From Mobula hypostoma (lineage: Eukaryota), in contig NC_086108.1 of NCBI RefSeq assembly GCF_963921235.1, forward strand, positions 64,048,001-64,112,000: DNA of 64,000 nucleotides, written 5' to 3'. A program made the translations under genes and the position numbers. Positions 47,790-59,474 of the stretch are shown here, one piece after another. Position 1 is the first letter of the stretch; each line of letters opens with the position of its first letter. The notes beneath the pieces were generated by a model. That model had not been told where the DNA came from. It searched no databases and saw nothing but the letters and a program-made list of their open reading frames with translations.

Positions 47790-50780
47790 TACACCCCACG
47801 CTTGCCTTAATTAAACTCAACCTGCCATTTCTCTGCCTATGTCTGCAACTGATCTATAAACTGCTATATTCTTTGATAGTCCTTTACAATGTCCACAATA
47901 CCACCAAACTTGGTATAACAATATTGCTTATCCACCCATCTATATTTTCATCCAAATCATTGATATGTATCACACAGATCCCAGCACTAATCCTCCTGGA
48001 ACACCACTTGTCACAGACCTCCAGCCAGAATAACAGCCTTCTACACTTACTCTCATCTCTCATAAGCAAGCCAACTTTGAATCTCAAGCATCTTTATCTT
48101 CTCAATTAGCCTACCATGAGGGACCTTATCAAACGTCCTAGTACATCAGCTTGCGCAGCTCCCCTTTCACTATCTTCCAATTCCTTCTCCTCAATGAATG
48201 CCAACAAAAAAATATTCATGTTGTACTGCAGTATCTTGCTCTGATTTTCTCCTTTATCCTTGACTGGACCTATTCTCACTTAAATAATCATAATTTTCTC
48301 AATATAAGTATTAAATGCCTTGGGATTCTGCTTGACCTTGCTTGTCAAGGTCACTTCCAAGCCCCTTTTACCCTGTCTAATCATTTGCTTGGGTTTTCAT
48401 GCTATCATTATATTCTACAAGGTCCAGATTTATCCTTACTCACAACTATCATAAAAATAACGTGTTCTGGTCAGTATATCCAAAGGCTTCACCCACAATC
48501 AGTTCTGTCACCTGATCAAGTTCATTTATTTCCTCCTTTAGTTGGACTCTCCACGTACTGTTTCAAGAACTCCTCTTGGATGTGTGTAGAAATCCCACTG
48601 CTCAAAGGCTCTTGTATTAAGGAGATTTCAATCGTTACTGGGGAAGTTAAATTTCCCCATAATGACAACACAGTTGTTTCTGCACCTCTCCATAATCTAT
48701 CATATAAGATGATGAGAAGCATTGATCATGTGGATAGCCAGAGGCTTCTTCCCAGGGCTGAAATGGCTAACACGAAGGGGCATAGTTTTAAGGTGCTTGG
48801 AAATAGGTACCGAGGGGATGTCAGGAATAAGTTTTTCCACACAGAGAGCGGTGGGTCCGTGGTGGAAGCAGATACAATAGGGTCTTTTAAAAGCCTCTTA
48901 GATAGGTACATGGAGCTTAGAAAAATAGAGAGCTATGCACTTGGGAAACTCTAGGCAGTTTCTAGAGTAGGCTGACGGTCAGCACAACATTGTAGGCTGA
49001 AGGGCCTATAATGTGCTGTAGATTTCTAAGTTCTAGGTTCTATGTTCTATCTGCATATCTGTTTCCCCCACCTCTTGAAGGCAAGAAGCCTATAGTTAAT
49101 CTGTCATCATAATTACACTTTATTTTGGAACTCCACCCAAAATTATCTCTGTCGATGAGCCTTCCAGTGTGTCCTCTCTGAGTACTGTTGTGACATTCTC
49201 CCTCATCAGCGGTGCAAACTTTCCACCTCTTTTACCCCCCCCCCTTCTCTATCACATCTAAAATAATGAAACCCAAGAATCCTGTCCCTCACACAACCAT
49301 GTCTCTGCAATGGCAACTATATCACAATTCCATGTACCCATCTGGGCTCTAAATTCATCCTCCTACCCATAATACTCCTAGCATTGAAGTACACATATCA
49401 GTCCACCATGTTTATTAGCCTACCCCTTGCTGTTCTTCCCTTTCAGTTTTATCAGTCATGCATCCTTCTTGCCCTCAGCCCTATCACAAGTGGCTCGACT
49501 GCTGTGGCTGTAACCCCTGCCACTCCAGCTTTAATCCTCTAGCGAACCTCTCAGTGAGGACTATTGGTTCCCCTCCAGTTCAGATGCAAAGTCTCTTATT
49601 TGTACAGGTCCCACAGAAAGAGAACCAATGATCCATAATTCTGAAGCTCTTCCCCCTACACTACCTCCCAAACCATGTATTGAACTGCATTGTGCATCTA
49701 TTTCTTACCTCACAAGCATGCAGCACAGGTTATAATCCTTAGATTACTACCCTCGAAGTCCTGCTGTTTAGCTTTCTACCTAACTCCCTAAAATCCATTT
49801 GCAGACCTCGTGCTTGCATTGGTACCCATATGGACCACAATCTACGACTGTTCACCCTTCCATCCTGTACCTCCCACCAAGCACCTTGACTCTGGCACCA
49901 AGGCAGCAACACACTATGGTAGAGTCTCGAATAAAGCATCAGAAACTCCTATCTGTGCCCCTTACCATTGAGTCCCTGGCTTCATCCTTCCCTTCTTTGT
50001 CTCAGAGCTGGGCACGGTAACACTTACGGTGCTACAATTACTAGCCTCTGGAAGGTCATTCCCTAACCACTCCCCTCCCAAAAGATTCCAAACGGTATAC
50101 CTGTTGGAAATAATTCAGAAGATGTGAAGCTCAGGTGATTGATGGTTAGGTTGAGTTGAGTTAAATTGTAAACAATCAACAGCCCATTGAAGATGTCTCC
50201 TCACATTGTTTCCTCAAGCATTTGCAAGTAAATTGCCAACATCGGTATAACTGTTACTGAGGGAAATGGACACAGGACAATCCTGCACTGTCTACTTACT
50301 CTCCTTACTTCTCCTGGAGGTAAGTCACCCATCTTTCTGTAGCCTCTACCTGAGATATGACCACCTTGCTAAAACTCTTAACGATAACATCCTTGGTCTC
50401 CCTGATGACTTGATATAAATCTACATGCATCTCCAGTTCCTTAATGTTCTTCCTTGCTCCACCTTGTAGCAGGTTGGGCGGCATTTTTCTGTTTCCATAG
50501 CACTTAACTATTTCTTACGAGGCCGAGTTGCTAGCTTGATGCTCAACACAGCATGGATAGAATGCGTGCAAGGAGCCAGCCGGATTCAAACTCATGACCA
50601 TTTGCCTTGAAGTCCGGTGCTGATGCCATGATACGACCAGCTGGCTTCCAGTTCCTTGATCTGATTTATAAAGAGCTGTAGGTAGGTGTACTTCTGACCG
50701 ATGTAGTCATCAGGGAGACCGTGAGGGTCTCTAACTTCCCATATCTTGCAGGAGGAGTATTCTACTGCTCTGACTTCCAT
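47790..50780 (-). mobile_element. Old CR1 pieces including ORF1 start; + strand CR1 3' insert at 48703-49050
   Basis: MEVRAVEYSSCKIWE...PDDYI.QKY..LQL (ORF1 zinc-finger/zipper remnant); ELGRKLNSRTSRVVI; APE and RT remnants. Confidence 0.75.
50446..50646 (-). mobile_element. tRNA-derived SINE
   Basis: Minus AGCCAGCTGGTCGTATCATGG...GAGTTTGAATCCGGCTGGCT (A/B boxes, acceptor-stem-like pairing); TSD TCCAGTTCCTT at 50432-50442 and 50647-50657. Confidence 0.8.
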
Positions 50781-51657
50781 TTTGTTCGCACTAAGTTCTT
50801 TGTGCCATGTTTCTCCTTTGGAGTCTCCTTTGTATCAAGTTTGTACAATTTATGTGTATCAGGAATTCATCAAATCCAAGTGGCTCCTGCATTATGGCCA
50901 TTTGGCTAATAGAAACTTGCTCTTACTAATTTCATAAATCACTACACAAATATTTGAGATACAGAATAAAATTCACTCTCATTGAACTTGCATGAAAAAG
51001 GTAAATAAGTAAACATAATATTCATTTTTTTTGTCAACTCATGTTTCTTTGAACACACACATGTGCACATTGCATTTTAGAAAATGGCTTTGCATTATAG
51101 AAAATTGCAATATGGACTATATTCTATTCACTTGTTATTCTTGCTAAAGGTGATGGTGATTTACCTGGGAAATCTCTCATTAAAATTGAAAATTTTGATA
51201 TTGTAGTAATGTTATGATTGTCATCTCCCACTCATATTCTAAAAGTGGAAGTGACTTCTGGAACCTTTTGTTGCATAATTAATTCCAGAAGCTGTAGTCA
51301 ATGTTACCTCGCTCTTTCACAGAAGGAGTTGTTACAATTCTCACAGAAACAACATTCTCTTTGAAAGTCTTTGATAGATTAAGATTTACTGAGTAAGTTT
51401 TAAATGAGTTTTATCAATGTGCCCAGCATAGTTAAATGCTGATTAAGATTAAAAATCCTGAAAGAATGTATGTAATGTCACATTTTTCTATTCCACAATA
51501 AAGATTCACAGCTATTTTTAAAAATACATATTTTTTTACAATTGCTTTATGAGTTTATAGTTTTTATTTTTAACCCGCGTGTATGGAATTATAATTTTCA
51601 ATCCCCAAATTTGCTAGAATGCACGTAACATCTGAAAAAGTGGAATCAATTTTTGAG

Positions 51658-52735
51658 ACGTAAACACGAGGAATTCTGCAGATGCTGGAACTTCAAGCAA
51701 CACCCCACTAGGAATAGGGTTCCCCTGGTCCTCACCTACCACCCCACCAGCCTCCGGGTCCAACCTATTATTATTCTCCGTAACTTCCTCCACCTCCAAC
51801 GGGATTCCACCACTAAACACATCTTTCCCACCACCACCCACCCCGCTTTCTGCAGGGATCGATTCCTACGCAACTCCCTTGTCTATTTGTCCCCCCCATC
51901 CCTCCCCACTGATCTCCCTCCTGGCACTTATCCGTGTAAGCGGAACAAGTGCTACACATGCCCTTACACTTCCTCCCTTAACACCATTCAGGGCCCCAAA
52001 CAGTCCTTCCAGGTGAGGTGACACTTCACCTGCGAGTTGGCTGGGGTGATATATTGCGTCCGGTGCTCCCGATGTGGCCTTCTATATATTGGCGAGGCCC
52101 GACACAGACAGGGAGATCATTTTGCTGAACACCTACGCTCTGTCCACCAGAGAAAGCAGAAACTCCCAGCGGCCACACATTTTAATTCCATATCCCATTC
52201 CCATTCTGATATGTCTATCCACGGCCTCCTCTACTGTAAAGATGAAGCCACAGTCAGGTTGGAGGAACAACACCTTATATTCCGTCTGGGTAGTCTCCAA
52301 CCTGATGGCATGAACATTGACTTCTCTAACTTCCGCTAATGTGCCCACCTCCCTCTCGCACCCCATCTGTTATTTATTTATATACACCCATTCTTTCTCT
52401 CTCTCTCTCCTTCTTCTGTCCCTCTGACTATACCCTTTGCCCATCCTCTGGGTTTTTCTCCCCCTCCCCTTTTTCCTTCTCCCTGGGCCTCCTGTCCCAT
52501 GATCCTCTCATATACCTTTTGCCGATCACTTGTCCAGCTCTTGACTCCAACCTTCCCCCTCCTGTCTTCTCCTATCATTTTGGATCTCCCCCTCCCCCTC
52601 CCACTTTCAAATCTCTTAATAGCTCTTCCTTCAGTCAGTCCTGACGAAGGGTCTCAGCCTGAAACGTCAACTGTACCTCTTCCTAGAGATGCTGCCTGAC
52701 CTGCTGCCTTCACCAGCAACTTTGATGTGTGTTGC
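51658..52735 (+). mobile_element. Penelope-like element with inverted 5' tail
   Basis: GVIYCVRCSRCGLLYIGE GIY-YIG; LGSLQPDGMN; TSD ATCAATTTTTGAG at 51645-51657 and 52736-52748. Confidence 0.95.
52636..52673 (+). ncRNA. Minimal type I hammerhead ribozyme motif
   Basis: CAGTC-CTGACGA-AGGGTCTCAGCCT-GAAA-CGTC-AACTG. Confidence 0.75.
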
Positions 52736-53530
52736 ATCAATTTTTGAGGACAACTTTCTTCAAAGTCAGCAGCAAACATTGTCACCTCACTGCTGACTAC
52801 AATTTTCAGCCAGCGTCATACCCTCAGAATAATGTATGAACTGGCCCTTTCATTGAGCTCTTACGCACAGGGTCACTGGCCCCACTTTGAAAGAGGAGGT
52901 TATCCGCAGTAAATGTTTGCTGTCATATCTTATGCAGTATTTCAATGGCATTTGTGTGGTATAAATGTAGAGTTCCATCTGGAAATACATATTGCCTCAG
53001 GTGTAACATTTGTAAAGTAATTAGTAGACATTAGGCTGTAGTAACTTCCTGAAGAATTATTATAATACACGTAGAATTGTTTCTGAACAAAGCTGAGGGC
53101 ACATAGAGGGAAAAATCCCCCAGTTCCCTCAATTAAAAGCAACTTCTATATTATATCCTTTAATTAAAATGATGAACATAGATTAGGTATCAATTATATC
53201 ATTGTTCTTACAGTGTGACCCTGGGGAAATAACTACACTTTATGTAAAATACTCCTAAACAAAAGAAAGCATGTGGGATTAATAAATCACTCATCCCCTT
53301 AAATTAAACCAATGTGTGTGCTGGTACATATAAAAATCTCTCTGAAAATGCTCGTCTAAAGGTAGTTCACATTCTGCTTAGCAACATATATTTATTTTAA
53401 TTTTGATGCAAGATAGTAACTGGAACTACTGACTTGTTGAAGCACCTAAATCCAAATTGCACTGTCTTGTGGTAAAGATGGATGAGAATATTTGCTAGTT
53501 TCAAACAGAAAAGCACCTTAAATAAATCCC

Positions 53531-53649
53531 TTACTCACTCTTCCTTCAGTTAGTCCTGACGAAGGGTCTCGGCCTGAAACGTCGACTGCGCCTCTTCCTA
53601 TAGATGCTGCCTGGCCTGCTGCGTTCACCAGCAACTTTGATGTATGTTG
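53531..53649 (+). mobile_element. 119-bp Penelope pLTR-only insertion
   Basis: Perfect TSD CTTAAATAAATCCC at 53517-53530 and 53650-53663; closely matches 52617-52735. Confidence 0.92.
53552..53587 (+). ncRNA. Minimal type I hammerhead ribozyme, all core nucleotides intact
   Basis: AGTC-CTGACGA-AGG(GTCTCGG)CCT-GAAA-CGTC^GACT; stem I AGTC/GACT; predicted cleavage after 53583. Confidence 0.85.
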
Positions 53650-53839
53650 CTTAAATAAATCCCACTTACTTTGGGATATTCTGAATAGCAACAATTCTCT
53701 CAGTGAGAATTGTCTACAAATTAGAGGGATAAAACAGACCATTGCTTTCACATTCTTACAAGTGCCTGAAAATGTTCTCCATTGTTTAAGAGAAGTAGTT
53801 AGATGTTAGTTACACTGAGATTTTCTTTGTGAAGACTTT

Positions 53840-55585
53840 TATCAATATAAGGACTTTAACAAGGCCTTTAACAAAGTCCTGCATGGTGGACCAGTCTGTA
53901 AGGTTAAAATAAGAGATCCAGGGTGAGCTAGTCAACCAGATACAAAATTCTTTATGGAAAGAGTCAATGGTGGTAGTGGAGGGTTGTGTTTCATATTGGA
54001 CACAATGACCAGTGGTGTGTCCCAGTGATTGATGTTAGGTTGTTTATCATCTGTATTAACAATTTGGATGAAAATGCAGCTGGCATGGTAAGTACGTAAG
54101 TGATATTGAAATTGGTGGTATAGTGGTATCATGGATTATCTAAGAATTCAACAGAATCTAGGTTAATCAGGAAAGTGTCCAAGGAATGGTGGATGGAATT
54201 TAAGTTAGACAAGTGCAGAGTGTTACATTTTGGTAAGTTAAGCCTGGTGAGGACTTAGCAGTAAATGGCAGGAACCTGAAGAGTGATGAAGAACAAAGAG
54301 GCATAGAGATACTAGTACATAGTTCCAAGAGGTGACACGGGCAGGGAGGGTGGCAAAGAAGGCATATGGCACATTTGCTTTCATTAGTCAGGACACTGGT
54401 CAAGCGAGTCATCGACGAGGCCACTCGGAGTATTAGATTAGATTCAACTTCATTGTCATTGTGCCGAGTACAGAGACAAAGCCAATGAAATGCATTTAGC
54501 ATCTAACCAGAAAGGCAAAGAAAAGTGTTATTTACAAAATAACTGCGAATAAAAAGTAAGTGCTACAGCACACAAATATAAAAGTACTGAGACAGTACAA
54601 TATGGGTGCAATATTGCTTAGCGCTGTGATGTGAGGTTCAGCAGGGTCACAGCCTCAGGGAAGAAGCTCTTCCTGTGCCTGCTGGTGGGGGAGTGGAGGC
54701 TCCTGTAGTGCCTACCGGATGGGAAGAAAGTAAAAGTCCATGGTTAGAGTGAGATGCATCCCTGATAATGCTTTTTGCCCTGCCCAGACAGCGTTTATGG
54801 TAAATGTTCTCAATGGTGGGCAACTGGGTGCCGATAATCCATTGGGCAGTTTTCACCACACACTGGAGTGTTTTGCGGTCCGATACGGGACAATTGCCAT
54901 ACCACACTGAGATGCAGTCAGTGAGTATGCTCTCAATAGTACAGCGGTAAAAGTCCATCAGTACCCTGGGACAGAGGTGATAAAGGTGCTGTTGCGCTTT
55001 TTTGATCAGGATGGCGGAGTTCAGGAATCAGATGAGATCCTCGGAAATGAAGACACCAAGGAATTTGAATTGTGTGTAGTTCTGCTCACTGAACAATAGA
55101 AAGGATGTCATTAAGATGTAAAGTCTGTGAAAAAGCTTGACAAGTTTGTTATCATGACTAGAGGGTTTGAGTTATAAGGCCGGGGTTTTCTCCTTGTAGA
55201 GCAAGAAGTGAAGGGGTGACCTTGCAGAGGTATATAAAGAAAACATGCAGGGTATAAATAATATGAATAAGATATATGGGGAGGCTAAAACTAAAGGGGA
55301 TAGATTAAAGGTGCAAGGGGAAAGATTCAAAGGAGACATGAAGGGTAACTTGTTTCACTGAGGTTGGTAGATATGTGAAAATGAGCTGCCAGTGGAAGTG
55401 GTACTCATGGGTATAAATACAGCATTTAAAAGACATTTGGATAGGCTTGTCAATAGAAAAGACTTAAAGGATGTGAGCCAAATGCAGGCATAAGGAACTA
55501 GGCCAGGTAGGCAACTTGGTCAGCATGGACAAGTTGGACCATAAGGACCTACTCTACATCTGTGCTGTATAGCTCTGTCACTCCA
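53840..55585 (+). mobile_element. Old CR1 split by Rex1
   Basis: Degenerate RT 53840-54397 resuming near 55070; CR1 tail near 55560. Confidence 0.75.
54432..55070 (-). mobile_element. Rex1 3' fragment
   Basis: FYRCTIESILTDCISVWYGNC; (TTAGA)n tail on +. Confidence 0.88.
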
Positions 55586-56274
55586 TATTTTTCTGCTGAA
55601 TATATTGGAGAAGAAAAACCTTGTTTTCAGAGAAGATTATTTTTCTGTTCTGTTTCAGAAACATTTCCTTACATCCTACATAATATTTGCAGCACCTTTT
55701 ACTTAAAATGAATTACAGAGTTCATATCTCAGGTTAGTGGAAAATTCTGTCCGATGAATTTCCTTACATTATTTGAAGAGGAAGGAGAAACAAACAGATT
55801 AACCAGCCACTTCAGAAGAGAGACTGATCATCTTATCTATTCAGCAGGTTGTATGGAACAAAAGCTACAAATTGCAATACCATTTTCTGAGAATTTTGGC
55901 ACAGCATGAAAGTTTGGAGGAGCTATACTTGCAGATAGAGCAGGAATCAGAGAAAATAACCGGAGTTCTTAACACAACGGGCCCTTTTCAGGAGGCTACA
56001 GGGAGCATTGCCAGATCAGACAAATTTCTCTGATGCTTCTATAACACAAGCCATCCATGCCATCCTTGGTCTGCAGTGCTCAATCAATTCAACCTGGCAT
56101 TGCCTAACATAGGTGACAGAAATTTCATAACACTTGTAATAATTGCTGAATTCCGCATGATTGTGGGTACCATTAATTACACTGGCAGGACACTATGCCC
56201 CAAATGTAAATAGCCCATCTGACCAATAACACCCAACCCCATGTCTGTATGATGAACAAAGTTGTCCTTCCCTA

Positions 56275-56565
56275 ATTACATTGCCTATTTGTCTTATTTA
56301 GAGATACAGTGTGGAACAGGTGCTTCCTGCCCAATGAGCTGCCCTGCCCAGCAACCCACCTAACTAGCCCAATGACAGGACGATTTACAATAATCAATTG
56401 ACCTAATAACCGATATGCCTTGGACTGTGGGAGGAAACCGGAGCACCTGGAGGAAAACCACCCGGTCACATTGGGAATGTACTGTACAGACTCTTTACAA
56501 ACAGCACCGGAATTGAACTCTGTACTCCGGGTCACCTCGAGCTCTAATAGCATGAGACTAACCCT
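56275..56565 (-). mobile_element. V-domain SINE
   Basis: GGACTGTGGGAGGAAACCGGAGCACCTGGAGGAAA; B box GAGTTCAATTCC on minus. Confidence 0.8.
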
Positions 56566-56879
56566 CAATATCCAGTGGAGGTTCTTACGCATGAATTCTG
56601 GGTTTACTGAGAAGTAACTTCATTCAGTTCTGCATCCCTGCTCCGCTTCAGTCAGATGGCCAAGAGACAGTGGTGACTGTTGGAGCAATAGATAACACAG
56701 AAGTTACTCTTGGTAGGAAACAAGTACTTCGGAAGAATGTAACAATGCACTTCAGATGAGATAATCACATGAATCCTGATGACACAGACAACAAAGAACG
56801 GGATCAATCAAACATAACAACAGGAGAAGGTTTGGGCTACAAGAGTACTGAGAAAAAGGACAGAGATTGGACTTTACCC

Positions 56880-57135
56880 TTTTTCTTTCCAGCCTGATGA
56901 AGGGGCCCAACCTGAAATGTCAACTATTCCTTTCCCTCCATAGATGCTGCTGGACCACCTGAGTTCCTCCAGCATTTTGTGCGCGTCTCTCCAAATTTCC
57001 TTCATCTGCAGCCTCTCTTATGTCCAAAGGAATATGCAATAAAGGGCCTCGATGAAGGATCTTGGCCCGAAACATCGAACTGTTTACTCTGCCTGCCTGG
57101 CCTGCTGAGTTCCTCCTGCATTTTGTGTGAGTTGA
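56880..57135 (+). mobile_element. Two adjacent old Penelope termini with degenerate hammerhead motifs
   Basis: CTGATGA(56894)...GAAA(56914) and TCGATGA(57049)...GAAA(57069), each followed by GAGTTCCTCC(A/T)GCATTTTGTG. Confidence 0.75.
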
Positions 57136-57169
57136 TACAATAAAGGGACTACATTGAATGCAAAGGAAG

Positions 57170-57780
57170 AACAGAGAAACATGTGTCCAAGCATTCTTCA
57201 AGACATCAAGGTAGTTAAGGTAGTTAAAAATGCATACAGCAAGCTTTCTTTCATTGGTAAACCATAGAATATAAGATAAAAGAGTTCATGCCAGGACTGC
57301 AGAGGACATGTCATTCAGGTCCAGCCTTACAGAAAAAGATGCAGAGTTGAGAAGATGAGAAATTTGTATGTAAAAAGAAAGAATGAATAATTTGGATTGT
57401 TTTATTTGTAACAGAGAATTCTTAAGGGAGAATTAATTTCATAAAATGCAGTATTAGGGGCCAAGACAACGTGTTTAGTACGGACATATAGAGGGATTAA
57501 AAGTGATTAAAGTAATTAATATAAGGATTAGCAGAGAGAGGAGGGAAAATTGCTTCACCCAGGAGGTGGTAAGGTCTGGAATTTTCTATGTGACAGGGTG
57601 GTGGAGGCAGGAGTTCTTATTATATTGAAATAGTCTTTGGCTGTGTGCCTGAAGAGTTATGACTTGCAGGATTTACAAATTAAATGCTGGAAAGCGGGTT
57701 AAAGTTAGTCATTTTTTTTCAACTGGGAGAAACACAATGGGCTTAGTGGCCTTTTTCTGTGCTGTAAATTTTCTAGAAGT
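57170..57780 (+). mobile_element. Old CR1 3' fragment
   Basis: TTCACCCAGGAGGTGGTAAGGTCTGGAA; TGTGCTGTAAATTTTCTA tail. Confidence 0.65.
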
Positions 57781-57794
57781 CTACAACAGGTTTC

Positions 57795-58440
57795 CATAAC
57801 ATTGCTGCAATTGGAGGTACCCATCTGCTTCAGCCGGGAATCGATCAAACCAGTAGCCAAGAATTGCAGGGTGAGCTGTCTGAACAACTATCACCCAATG
57901 GCACTAACATGTACTGTGTTGAAATATTTTGAGAGGTTGGTCATGGCTAGAATTAATTCCTTACCTGAGCTGCACTTTGCCTCATGTCTACAGCAGATTC
58001 TGGTTCTCCACTAGAGTACCTGGACACCAGCAATACATAAATCAGGCTGCTGTTTGTCAAATACAGTTCAGTGTTCAACACCATAATCCCTTCAGTACTA
58101 ATCAACATGCTTCAAAACCTGGGCCTCTCAAACTCCCTCTGCAACTGGGTCCTTGACTTCCTCATCGGGAGACCACGCTCAATGCGGATTGATACTGACA
58201 TCTCCTCCTCACTGACAATCAACACAGATTCACCTCAGTGATGTATGTTTTGCTTACTGCTCCTCTCTCTCTACACTCGTGGCTAGGCACTGTGCTACCA
58301 CCACTGCTGTTGGCAGCATCTAGATGGCAACAAGGAGGGGTATAGGACCGAAATAAATTGTCTGAATGGGAGGTGTGGGAGCAATAACTTTGTACTTGAC
58401 ATTAGCATGACCAAAGACCGGATCATTGTGTTAGGCCCAA
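57795..58440 (+). mobile_element. Degenerate Rex1 fragment
   Basis: SCLNNYHPMALTCTVLKYFERLV. Confidence 0.8.
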
Positions 58441-58780
58441 CCTTTGATGCAAGACAAAGGCAAAGTTTCTGCACCCATGCTGAGCTCATCAATTTCATCA
58501 GCTTTACCTCCAACTTCCACCCTGCCCTCAAATACTTGCCCCAAATCTGACACCTCTCTCCCCTTTATCAAACTCACTGTCACCATCTCAGGATATAGAA
58601 AACTTACTGGTACATTTTACAAACTTCCAAACTCTCACAGCTATCTTGACTACATTTCCTGACATGCTGTCTCTTGTAAAAATCCTATACCATTTTCTCA
58701 GTTCCACCATCTCCACTGTATCTGTTCTCAGGATGAGGCTTTCCATTCTAGAATATATGAGATGTTCTCCTTCATCAATA
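58440..58780 (+). mobile_element. Penelope RT fragment
   Basis: SLPFIKLTVTI..FYKLPNSHSYLDYIS; continues CKNPIPFSQF. Confidence 0.75.
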
Positions 58781-59474
58781 GACTAGAAAGCAGCTCTGAA
58801 ACAAAGATGCTCTGAATTGACATTGTAGCCCTGAGTCATGCACAAATTGTTGGATGTGGTGAACTCAAAGAGCAAAACTGGGGGCACACATTCTTCAGGA
58901 AGAGCCAGTCTACCAACTCAGCAATTTCCTCCTTTCGGATTAAGCAAACATCTCATGATCTTCCAGTTCATTCCAATACAGAATCAGCATGCTATGACCA
59001 TAAGAACATATAACCCTATCTCGCAAGCTATGGATAAGTCATAACTTCTGTTGCAATCTTAAAAATATTCTAGCCTCCAACCCAGAAAGAAATAAACAGA
59101 TCCTCCTAGTTGATGCACACTTTGAGGCATGCAGTATCTCAAATGATCACAGTGAATGGTGGTGCTGGCTTGAAGGGCCGAATGGCCTACTCCTGCACCT
59201 ATTGTCTATTGTCAATATGGCACTGGCCATGAAGACTACCCTCACCCCCCAGGTGAGCAGTCTATAACAGTAGCAGGCGTGAGAAGGACTCTGCAGAGAG
59301 TCAACCACTGTAAGGCGGCTGGGCAACCAGGCAACATCCCAGGCCGAGTACTCACTGAGTATGACAATAACAGCTCACTGGCATCTTCACAGACATCTTC
59401 AACACTTCACTCAACCAGGCTGCTGTCCCCACGTGCTTCAAATCAGCCACTATCATCCCTGTACCATAGAAAAA

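Noticed and set aside
48151..48954. 267-aa + ORF
   Set aside because: Chimera of antisense old CR1 and a sense CR1 3' fragment
50860..51310. Scattered donor- and acceptor-like motifs in AT-rich unique DNA
   Set aside because: No open frame found linking them
54398..54431. CpG-rich ~35-bp segment between CR1 and the Rex1 tail
   Set aside because: Too short to interpret; probably junction filler
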